Positions 1 to 12,500 of a stretch of DNA of 64,000 bases are shown piece by piece. This DNA is from Botryllus schlosseri. Lineage: Eukaryota. The notes under the pieces were generated by a model that did no database searches, had not been told where the DNA came from, and saw only the letters and a program-made list of their open reading frames with translations. The stretch is taken from assembly GCA_051294905.1 (NCBI GenBank), contig CM119378.1:10478001-10542000 (forward strand), in the 5' to 3' direction. The position numbers and the translations under genes are program-made. Every line of letters starts with the position of its first letter. Position 1 is the first letter of the stretch.

Positions 1-179
1 GACCGTTCAAGGGCCAGAGTTCAAGAAATACCATGCGTTCATCGGCTCTGGTCTCATCTAAAACTTTTCATGGATACTTTGTATTGGGACTACACAGTTC
101 AGCTGGAAGGACCCCAACATATACAATTAAAACATTGTTAGAAGGAATAAAAAAAAACGCAAGATAATTATCATTGCAG

Positions 180-526
180 AAACGTGCCCCGAGCCGGTAT
201 TGGAGAATGGCTTTATCATGACATCAGATCTCGAAATCGGCTCGCGAATTGAGTTTCGATGCAATGATGGATACCAGTTAATCGGACGAGAATTAATCAC
301 GTGCACCAGTAATCTTGACTACGACTTTGACGCTCCGACATGCGAAGGTTTCTAAAGGAATCTAGATCGTATTGTGAACAAATTTGGTCAACCTCGCGAA
401 TTACAGATGTAAACGAATGTGAAGACAATCCGTGCCATCAACAAGCATCTTGTCAGAACATCGCCGGAAGCTTTCTGTGTATTTGCAACGAAGGATTTAT
501 TGGCGACGGGATAAATACATGCAAAC
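180..526 (+). CDS. Sushi/CCP exon followed by calcium-binding EGF exon
   Basis: 180-347 = TCPEPVLENGFIMTSDLEIGSRIEFRCNDGYQLIGRELITCTSNLDYDFDAPTCE (4-Cys CCP pattern). 407-526 = DVNECEDNPCHQQASCQNIAGSFLCICNEGFIGDGINTCK (DxNEC cbEGF). Both exons are phase 1-1. Confidence 0.95.
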
Positions 527-3500
527 GTATTTTGATTTTCGTAAACGCGAGGTAATAAGACGCGTCTAACCTCATTTTGCTCAATTCCAGCATCGTTACA
601 CATCGAATACTTCAGCTGCAGAAAAATAGACGGTAACTCTATTCAGATCAATTGGCAAATAAGACCCAAGGATTCCTCAAGTGTGGATCAGGTATTGGTA
701 CCGTTGGCACTATTGTAAAATGGACAATGATAATATCACAAGTATATATTTTATCTTAGATAATTGTGTCGTGGTCGGAAGCAGATAATTTCACTTACGA
801 AACACAGGAGGGCTTGAATGATTACTACAACGAATTTGAAAACTACGAGGACAAAGTGGATTCTATCAATGTAGGTTTAGAAGCCATGAATCCATCGTTC
901 TCAAGGTTATGTAATACGTGGAAATAATGCTAATTTTACATAGTCGGATGACTTTTCACTGGAGTACCGAACATTGGAAAAAGATCATACGTCGTATGTT
1001 GCCACTGGTTTAAAACCGGACACATTCTACGTTTTGCGACTCAGACTAAAGATATCTGATGGACTCGTGGAGAATCCAATACGGATGTGCTGGAAATCCA
1101 CGGGAAGTGAATGTAAGCTCACTCGAAGTTATACATTCCAATACTATGCTATTTGAATTTTCAAACTCATCTCACTGCCTTCAGGCAAAAGCTTCTCGAA
1201 TCCGATTTCAGGAGATGCTATTGTTACTTGTAATCTCGCCACGCCCATAGTTTATTGACATATGACTCATCTACAATATCGAATATATTTCTAGTGCCGC
1301 ATCCGGTCGAGAATTTCAAGGTTGTCCAGAATGGCGGGGATTACTTGTCACTGTCATGGGAACGTCCTAAGGTCACAAATGGACCGATACTTGGGTATAT
1401 AATAGAATACAGACAAGTATCATCGTGCGTTGGAACCGAGTGTTTCGAGACAATGAACAAGGAGGTATGTCTAGTAAACAATTCTACTAGGCAAGATTTT
1501 AATGTCCCGTGTGCAATATTTGGTATTGAAAAAAAATCATTGACATTCAACCTAGCATGCAGCAGTTTACTCACTCCTAATTAGAGCTGTGTGATTCGAT
1601 TTTTAATCGAGTATTAGGCTTCGAGTCAAATATCACTCATTATGACGCAGGGTTGTTATGACTCGAGACCCGAGTCGCGATTTTTTGGTGACTTGAGTCA
1701 TTTTCTACAAAATGAAAAATGACTCCAATCGAGTCAATTTGTGTATTGACTAGACTTGTGCTCGTGTCATTGCGCATGACTCGGACTCGAGACTGGGTAT
1801 ACCAAGACAGACATTTCATTGTAATTTCGAAGAATAGTAAAGTTATCACACTAATATTATTTTGTCTATCAGTACTGGTACTTGAAAATGCTATCAGAAA
1901 CTGTTAAAAGTGAGGAAAATGAGTAAATTGTGAATCAGAAGTCTTCGATATCACCGAGCAGAGTTGTGAAAAGTGGGTTTCACATGACATTAACTCGAAA
2001 CTGAACAGTCATTACAATAACTTGGACTCGGACTCGAGTCAAAACACGATGACTCGGACTCGACTGTCTACTCAATGACTTGGACTCGGACTTCACTCGG
2101 TGGTGAATTGAAAATGACTCGACTTGACTCGAGTCAAAACTATAAAAGTGAGATTGACTTGCGACTCGGAACCTTGTGACTTGGTTACAACCCTGTTATG
2201 ACGTCACAGCAACATGATGTTGTGTAAAGTTCAAATATGTACCTTTTACGCGGCCACAAAGATGATATCTTCGGTTCTACACCACATTAAATATGATATG
2301 GTATTTTTAGACCGTGTCTATTTCATTGCACGTTGTGACCAGGGTTGTAACCAAGTCGCAAGGTTCCGAGTCTAACGTCAATTTCATTTTTATAGTTTAG
2401 ACTCGAGTCAAGTCGAGTCATTTTCCATTCACCACCGAGTCAAGTCAGCTTGTAGAGGGTAGAGTTCGAGCCATAGAGTTTTGACTCGAGTCTGAGTCCA
2501 AGTCATCATGTTCACTGTTCAGTTTTCAGTTAAATACGGATCAACACACTTTTCTCAACTCTGCTGGAGTGATATAGAATGGCTCGCATTCATAATATTG
2601 TGATTTTCCTCAGTCTTAACAGTTTGTGGCCATATTTTCCAAGTATCAGGACTGATAGACGAAATACCAATAATGTGGTAACTTTACTATTCTTCGAAGT
2701 TACAATAAAATGTCTGCCTTGGCCGTCCTAGTCTCGAGTCAATAGAAAAATTGACTCAAGTCGAGTCATTTTACGCATTTGAAAATGTAACTCGAGTCAA
2801 GTCGAGTCACCAAAATATCGCGACTCGGGTTGGACTCGAGTGTCATTACAATCCTGGTTGTGACAATACTGTGGGTTGATCACGACATCACAGATATGAA
2901 ATTGTTCTTCGTGAATCGTATGCTGAAAAACGACCAATCGAGGTTTACAGCTTTCCACAGAGAAAAATAGTATCAAAATTAACATTCTCGTTAATAAATG
3001 AACTCTCAATGACGAGGAGCGTATAATTTCCGTACTCAAAAAAACTGTTTCCTACTACCCGACTCAAATCATTAGAATTCATACTCGATTCAGATTCGAG
3101 TGCTCCAGTCATTGTGTACATCCCTACTCCTGATCGCAACCAACATAAAATTACCGTGCTGACTGTATATGATGTTTTCGTGCACAGGTGCCAGGAAATG
3201 TATTCGACACCATCATTTCTCAACTCAACTCTACAGAGTCTTACGAACTCAAAATTGCCACTGTTAACACCGAAGGAATCAGTGAATATTCATCTCCAGT
3301 TACAGTTCAAACAAGTGAGAAACAGTTATTAGATCGGTGTACTAGGAGTTATAATTAAATTTCTTTGACTTCTAAAGCAGGAACAAAGTCGATCCATGAT
3401 GTGGTGAAACTGGATGATGAAATGCCAAATGACTCGGCTCCTGCAATCTGCTTCACGGTCAAGTTCATTCTACACATCTCCTGGCCCGAGCATCCTGCGC

Positions 3501-6500
3501 AGCATAGACTGCTTGAGCTAAATCTCAAAAACTTGGTATGATGTATCGTTTCTTATTCATTGAGACATTCCAATCATTACTGCTGTCTAATATTTATGAT
3601 ACATTTGGTGAAATATAGAATATCACTACTTACTGTTGTTTCGCGGAGCTATCTTCCTCACTCGAGATGAAAAATTGGGAATTTGAAACATGCACTTGAA
3701 AATTTACTCACCGTTCCGTGTGAAAAGCACTGCGATATATAGATTTGTGATTTTAACCTATTGTATGTATTATATATGCATAATTGCATAATGCATATGC
3801 ATACTGAATGATCTGTGAGACTGTACTCCTGAATTAAATGGAAATATTGGTTCAGATACAAAGTTCATTGAGTGAATCGGGTTCTCTGTACGTGAAGAAT
3901 CTCATTATCAGTGAAGTAGACGATTACACAAGTGCATATGCACAGATCTGGTTTGCGGACACTTCAAGTAAGTGTCAAATTTTATCAATTTTGATTTAGT
4001 TATTGGCACTTGAGATTAGTATCATTAATGCGACACTAATTTGGAATTTATATTGCCACAGATTTTGAGTATTCACTGTACAGTTTTTTGGAAATCAAGA
4101 GATTGATAATACAACGTTCAATTACTGATCCGTGGATGCAAAACCTTGTTCATGCTTCAGTTAATGTTTTTGGTGAGTATCAATGTTCATATGGTATGTC
4201 TCTTGATAGGAAAAATACAAAAGTAAAATATACGTATATGAATAGAATGAAACACATTCCGGGGTTGTGACCACGTCACAAGGTTATGTGGCAGGAGTAA
4301 TTCTCTGATTTTAACTTTGGACTTGAGACTGGTCAAATCCTAGTTCAAGTCATGATATGAGAGATTGGGAGACGTTCAAGTCATATTTTCTGTAACGAGT
4401 CTTTACGATTCATTTTGTATGACCTTCCTCTGACTACATTCAATGTAGGCTACCACATTCAACACGAGGCCTATTTATTCCACACTCGGTGATGAAAACG
4501 ATAGAATAGGCATATCCACAGTCTTCTCACTTCTTGTATGATTTCGATCACACTGATACAGTTTATAGGTTTATATTACAACAATTGGTGCTGGCAGAAT
4601 TGTATGGTATGTATGCCTAGGTGGATTTGTATTGCAGCCCGCCATTTTGATTGGGAGGGTATAATTAACTTGATATTCGTTCCTCTATTCAGAATTCACA
4701 GCGAATCAATCTGTGCTTCAATCATAGTGCAAATACAATGACGTGAATAATGCCTCATCATTCGAAAATTCGACTTGACTTAACTAGAGTAACCTTCAAA
4801 TATCCAGTGACTCGACTTGACTCGAGCCAAAACGACTTATGACTCGAAAATAGTGACTTGATATATAGGTAATTTATAGGTTAGGATAATGTAGCTGCTA
4901 TTTAAATAAAATGTGACGCTTGTGAGACTTGAAGGAATTTTGGAAGAATTATCAAATTTAATAAACTAATAATATTTTTGTTGATACAGAATGCAGTTCT
5001 TGTGATTTGAGCGTCATGAATGAATGCGGCAATGGTAGCAGCTGTGTTAACATGGAAGGAAGATATTTTTGTCAGTGTTTACCCCAACACTCACCAAAAA
5101 CATTTAGTCTTCATGGAAATTATCCGACATCTTGCGAAAGGCAAAGTGACGATCAACAAGTAACGATATATTTTTAATCAGCTGCGTGACTGTTTGAATT
5201 TAATAATAATTATTATATGACAGCAGTTTCTGAAGAATACAGATGACATATTTCCCAACTATGTGACTTGCAGCAAAGCCAAATATGATATCGTGTTCTT
5301 ATTGGATCATAGCCATAGCTTGAGTGAAGAATCTTTTGATTCGATCAAACGAACAATCATTGAATTTGTGAAGAGATTTGATATCGGCCCTTACGATACG
5401 CAAGTAAGATTTCTGGATTTTGAATATTTATCAGAATACCTAAAACTGATGTGTGTTTGTACACAATTTTCTAGGTTGGATTGGCCTTATATTCCCATGA
5501 TTCCAAAGTTGCATTTCATCTCAACGAATACAAATCGAAACAGCAGTTGATCAATGCCATTAATGGCCTGGTTTCAAATGGATTCGGTACCAATGCAGGA
5601 ATAGGTATTGTATTATAATTATCTATTTTCATTACTGCACTTTTATAATTATTGTAGTTGTAAAATGGGTAAGTTACACTGAGTTGCCCGCAAGTAATTA
5701 GAAACATTGAAGCATTCGTATGAATTCACCCAACACTTTTATTATTTTCACTAGCCTTACAAAAAATGCTTGACGATATGCTGATAGAATCTCGTGGTAG
5801 ACGCTCAACAAATGAACTACATATTGTTATGGTGACGGACGGAAAAAGCTCGGATGATGTTTCTGAAGAATCCAGAAACCTGCATTTGGTAAGTTCTGCA
5901 ACGGAAAAACATTAAGATTGTGATAAAAACATTACAATATCTTTTGAGAATTGCGTGCTTTCTTTTCAGTTGATATCGGCGATTCAACATCAGTACTGCA
6001 GTAACGTCACTATCAATGTATTATACACTATGCATGATTTACAATACCTTGTTGTCAATCTAAAGATCCTATATTGACATATTTGTTTTAATTACAGACT
6101 TCTTTGTGTACTGCACTTGTACCGTAATTGCAATTTTAATGATTGTCCTTGTATTTGATGTTGTATGTGAATACAAGTTCAAGGCATTTTTGATATGTTG
6201 TTTCAAGTTGCGTGTAATTAGCCTACATTGAGCCATTAATTTCGATCACCAAATTGTATTACTACCCTTCCAGTACATAGGGTCAGCATCGTGTTTGCAT
6301 AATAACTGCACTTGGATAATGGATATCTGTTAAAGCCAAGATTTATTTATTTAGGTTACTTGAAAGTATCTAATTCGTATTAAATACTGTTTTGTGCAGG
6401 TCTTTTATATTCCGCAGTCAGTTTGTTTATTTTATGTTATAATCTACCGTATGCTTTTCGAAGGTGTAAATCAGACTTGCGAATTCAGTATGAATTGTTT

Positions 6501-9500
6501 TTCTTCTGATCTCTGCTCTGGCTCTTGTGTAATAGACTCACGATGTCATTTTGCTGAATGTAATGTGATTGATATTTTTATCTATCTTAGGTTACTCCGC
6601 ACGTGAATGTAATCGGCATAGGCGATCGCGTTCAGGTCAATGAATTGAATACTATTGCCGGGAATCATGGAAGAGTTATTTTATACCCGGACACCACAAC
6701 GCTTTCCCAAAACATGGTACCAGCCCTGGGCGATTCAATCTGTCCGTGTAAGTTATAATATACTACATACTGTGGTAGAGAAAGTTTTTTATTCTTGTGA
6801 AATTATGGATAAGCTTTTTAAAGAAAAATATGCTTGCTTTTATACATCTTTACCCATACAATATTCAATGGAATATTTTATTCATATTTAAATAAATCCG
6901 AATATTTTCGGCTGGCACTCGTCATGGGTAATCGTCAGCAACTAGTAGATAATGGAAAAAAACGTCATATCTCAACAATCGTTTCCCAAAATATGACGTC
7001 ACCAGCATGAAATTTCGAATACGAGAACGTTCAATGTACTATTTTTATATGGTACAGGAACTCTTTTTGTCGACACAGCCTTGGTTGGTGTATTTTCTTA
7101 AAAGTCGACTCCAAGGCACACCAGCCAAGACTGTGTCAACAAAAAGAGGTCGTGTACCATCTAAAAATAGTACATTGAACGATCTCGTATTCGACATTTC
7201 ATGCTGGTGACTTCATATTTTGTGATACGATTGTTGAGACACGATGCTCTTTTGAATTCTTTACTAGTTGCTGATGATTACCCCTGACGAGTGTCAGCCG
7301 AAAATATTCGGGCTCATTTCAATATGAATATACTATTCAATTGTATATTGAAGTTCTGCACCTCAAAGAAGCTGTCCAAACAATATTGTAATTGTGATTG
7401 TAATTTTACGATAGTGCCCTTAGATGTAAATATATCATATTAGCCCACACATTATGTTCCACATACATGTAGAGATGCCAGGTAATAAGCTTATTTGTCT
7501 TTATATTATCATTGTCAGCATATGGATGCGATTATACTATGGACTATGTCGACTTGATTTTCGTTTTGGACTCAACATCATCAACAAACAAAGAAACGTT
7601 TGAAAAAATGAGGGATTTCACAGCAAGTTTCATATCAAAAGTTGAAACTGGAAGAAGGAATACATCAGTGAGATGCACAATTTTTTTAAAGTGAGTTATC
7701 GATGCTGAAAAAGTTCTTTGTCATTTTTTCCAAGGTGGGAGTTGCCATTGCGTCAAATGAAGTGGAATCAGCCTTTTCATTGAATCAGTACCCTAAAAAA
7801 GAAGACATTCTGTCGGAAGTCCAAGCGATCTCACACAGAGAATCAAATGCTGGTTTCGACACAGGAAAAGGTAATTCCCACATATCATTAGGAGTTTTAG
7901 ATATAGTCTTCCACTATGATCTGATTTTTTCTGTTGCGTGTGGTATATAATAAATGCATATGGAATATTTCTGTAAACCTAATATTCAATTAAATAGTAT
8001 ATTCATATTGAAATGAACCCGAATATTTTCGGCTGACACTCGTCAGGGGTAATCGTCAGCAACTAGTAGAGAATTGGAAAGAACATTGTATATCAACAAT
8101 CGTATCACAAAATATGACGTCACCAGCATGAAATTTCGAATGAGAGAGCGTTCAATGTACTATTTTTAGGTGGTACACGAACTCCTTTTGTTGACAGAGT
8201 TTTGGTTGGTGTATTTTGATAAAAGTTAATTCCAAGGCACACAAATGGAATTGTGAACGGCCTCGCCCTACGATTCGAAATCGGCCGTCTCGATTATTAT
8301 TCGCACAAATTGGATTATCCAACAGATGTTTGCCCGGCGAGGCCGTTCACAATTCCATTTGTGTGCCTTGGAATTAACTTTTATCAAAATACACCAACCA
8401 AAACTCTGTCAACAAAAGGAGTTCGTGTACCACCTAAAAATAGTACATTGAACGCTCTCTCATTCGAAATTTCATGCTGGTGACGTCATATTTTGTGATA
8501 CGATTGTTGATATACAATGTTCTTTCCAATTCTCTACTAGTTGCTGACGATTACCCCTGACGAGTGTCAGCCGAAAATATTCGGGTTCATTTCAATATGA
8601 ATATACTATTTAATTGTATATTGAAGTTCTGTACCTCCAAGAAGCTCTTCAAACCTAATATTATATAATTCATGTGTTTCAGTAGAATATTCATGCACAA
8701 GTGACAGGTTATCAATGTCACAAACTGTTTATATGTGAATGCGGGGAATGCTGTGTTCGCTTATCGATTTACAACTCATTTTTCAGTTCTGCAATACATC
8801 AATGATAAAATGGTATCCACCAAGGCAGGTAGGCGTTCTGGAGCTGGGTTGGCTATCGTATTCTTGATCTCAAAAGACACTGGTGTCGAATATGACTCTG
8901 TTATGGAGTCATTCCGGAGACATGAAGCTTCTATTATCATTTTGTCTCTCAGTGTAAGTTGATTTATGTATGAATCAATGCCCTCTTTACCCCCTCATTT
9001 TCTCACAGCAACCTGCGAGCAATTCCGCGTTGAAAGCTATTGTTTCACCATATGGCGCATTGTTCGATATCAACACGAAAGATTTGAAATCGCAAGATTT
9101 GGAAGGAAGAGTAATGGAAGAAGTGCGAAAATCTGCATCATGTGCCGGTAGACATGTTGACTATTTTATCAGAGGTATTTCTGTCTACCTGATCTATTTT
9201 ATCATATTTACAGGCATATTTCCACCAACTGATGTTAAAGTTAACGTCCTGAATGAAACCTCAGCATTGATATCATGGAAGAAACGGTCAAAAGTTGAAA
9301 ATTTTGAGCTTTATGTAAGTATTTCATCATTTTTGCGTCACATATCATGATTATATAATATTGAATAGTGTTTAAATCTACCATTTACATAATGCTTCAA
9401 ATTCTAAAATATTGTTGTTGAAATTGTGAGGACAGCTTTGTACAGCTATAAATTTCTTCTTGTTGCAACCCAGAGGAATGATTCAGCTGCTAAAAGGACA

Positions 9501-12500
9501 TGAGTAGTTAGTTTTTACCCACCTACAGAAAAAAATTAATAATTAATATGTCACATCATTCCTACTATTTGTGGTGCGCTCAAAGTCCAAAATCCTTGTT
9601 TCGAATTTTCTTTTGAAATAAACAATATTCCGTCACATAAGATTCATTTATTTGTATATATACAGTGACCTAGGCCAGAGATTACAGATTTTCTTAGATA
9701 GTGGAGTGGGGCTAATTGTAAAGTTTAAATATACAGGCCCTCTGACGCGTTGTTGGGCAATATGCTGAAACTTGAATTATTTCGAAACACATTCAGGGGC
9801 CTAGCCAGAATAAAAAAAATTCTGTGAACCGAAATATTGTCACAGATCTGTTGTGCTGCAAATAACTGAGAGATGATTGCATAATGTCCAAGTCTGATTT
9901 TGAATACAAGTATTATGTTTGAATTACAATAGTAATTTGCATGTCTTAGTACTTGCGATTTGCTGTGTCTTTTACAAAATGATGTTATGACGATGTGTGC
10001 AGCAAAACTAACAATATCACTTGTAAGAAGCAGATCAAAAAGTGTTCCACGGTCCGGAGCAAAAGAATTAGTAGTTCATCGACCTCTACAGTAGATCTTA
10101 CAGCATTACATCTCATCCAAAATTTGTTAAAGTATTGGCTGGGTATAAATAAGTTAGACTGCATCTAGTAAGGTGCAATGATAATTTGAAAATATATTCA
10201 ATAAATTTCGCATGGTTGAAACTACTTGATTGTGATGTCTTAGCGTCTATACTGCCCAAATCGACCTTCCTTGTTTCCTAGCTATATGAAGACGGCATAA
10301 AACATGTGGAGGAATACAGTGAAGTGTACCGAGTGGATGGAGCTTCGTTTTTAGTGCTATCCAGTCTACTTCCGGGCAAGAAATACGCCGTTGCTGTTCA
10401 GCTGGAATTGGGTATTGGAAAATTCTCTAACATGGTCGAGTTTGCAACAGGTATATATACTAAAATTTATTAGTATTATGGTTGAGTGTGATTAGGCTTC
10501 AATATACTCTGTGTTAGTTACATGCATATTCTAATCATGAATATCATCAATCATATTACAATTCCACATCTTTCTATATAAACTATTTTTCTTGGTACAC
10601 GGCTAAATTATTTCATTCCTTACAGCAAGTTTACATATTCATCCGCGGCTCAAATTTTTTGGCTGTGCGATATCTTTTTATTAACTATATCAATATGTTC
10701 AATTTTTCTCGAATCGACTTGCCCTAGTTTTAATAAAAGTAATTCGGAAGGGTGTCAAAACCTATGCGTTTGAAAATGATGCAAAATTACATCGTAAATC
10801 TGCATAAAGTAGTGTCTTTTGGGGTAGATCATATTTATCTTGAAAATTTAGTTTCACAGGATTTCTTGATTTTAATATGCTGGATGCATGAATATATTGA
10901 GATAAAATAGGCAGAATATTCAGAAATGAGTCCAACTGTATTTGAAATTATGAGAGAACGGCATCCTAATATCGCATCAGGCCGTAGGGATGTTTTAGTC
11001 TAGAGGTCGTGCGCAACATGTCGGAGCAGGACTGTTCGGAAACGGCATATTTTGCTAGAAATTTAGCAATGTCTTGCGTGCTAAATGATAGCTCTGATGC
11101 AGTAGCACCCCAATTTATACCCTTTACGACCAATACTTGAAGAACCACTGGCATAACCGTTTCCGTTTCCAGCTTCTCATAAACGGTTGGTGGAATTCCT
11201 TGCTTGGAAAGCCAGTTGGTAATATTTTGGCACTCTGCATACGAATGGATGCCGACTGCTGAACTTTCTTTTACAATACCCAACAGAATAATATGGTCTC
11301 ATATCACAGTAAATCAAGTGACACAAAACTTTCAAATATTGAGTATATGTAGTTAAACAAAAACATAAACAAAGCAGTAATCTTATTTAATTATGTTTTT
11401 ACATGGAGTAAATAGGGAAAAAAAAGATAGTTGGGATTGTATGCATTTAATTGATGGTCTTAATCTACAAAGTGAATCCTTTACAATTTAACATTGTTGG
11501 GCCTGTTTCATAGCACCTCTTCAAGTTGGAGGTGAGATTGATGTTGAACGACGCCCGAAACGATTGCGGGTATTCTTCGATAAAGCCAAAGGAGAGAGTA
11601 GCAACTACATGATAACTCTTGTGAACGCTTCCAACTTCAAGGTTTTGAGTTCACGAAGTATTCATCCTTCGTCCGCACTCGTAGAAGCAATATTTGAAGA
11701 AGCCGCTCCTGGGAAGTAAGTAGGCAAAAGATTCACAGCTATCTTAAAGTGTCTTCATATAAAAGTGATGATGATGATGATGATGTAATGATGTCAACCA
11801 ATTTATTTTATAATTATGTCTATATGAAAATTTATGAAATAAGTTTTATTAATGCCCGATTCCGTGGTAGAAATATTGAGACATGAGTGGAATCTCATTC
11901 TTTTTGCAGTTACAAAATTTATATCACAACTATAAGCGGAGAAATGGCATCTGCACCAAAACAATTCAATTTTGTGATCGAAAAACTGGAATATCCAAGA
12001 GACATCAAACTCGTTTCACAATCAAATTCTACGATTGAGTTGCAATGGACAGAAGTTGAAAATGCACAGGCAAGTGTAACATTATATCCTCTATCTATTC
12101 ACTCTATGTTTTATGAGTTTAGGCACTGTAATGGTACTTGCAGCATAAACTAAACCTCGTATTCATGGTGTTTTCATGGTACTGCAATATTTACAATATC
12201 AATTTCGAATTTGTAGTGTTGTCTCAATTTAAAATACTATGAACAAATTGCAACTGTCACAGAAGAAAAATTTGTGAACAGCTGTTCAAAGGATGCAATT
12301 GCCAACTATTTTTGAGGAGAAACCGAAGAAATTGCGTGTGATGAAAAGTTACCGTGTAGAAATTATCTCACAGCAGCCAATTTTGGAATGAATCAATTTA
12401 CAGGGGTATCTGATTTCATCTCGTGAAATGGGCAATGCCGCAACGACGGAATTGTTTGAGACCGAATCTAGGCATCAATTCGATCGACTTCATGCTGGAA

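Noticed and set aside
1-179. Open frame 3 (PFKGQSSRNTMRSSALV...TLLE) that could join the Sushi exon through a 35-nt GA-AG intron
   Set aside because: It needs a non-canonical donor and an intron far shorter than any other here, and the peptide resembles no domain or clear signal peptide.
1648-2856. Repeated GACTCGAGTC motifs as a CRISPR-like array
   Set aside because: Spacing is irregular with no constant repeat/spacer unit, and the motifs lie inside TIR/TSD-bounded MITEs in a eukaryotic intron.
5598-5604. GA donor after ...AATGCAG in VWA1
   Set aside because: The canonical GT at 5605 keeps the phase and gives the better VWA motif GTNAGIAL.
11766-11792. (GAT)n tract containing TGATGA as a C/D snoRNA
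   Set aside because: It is a simple microsatellite with no matching D box or terminal stem.
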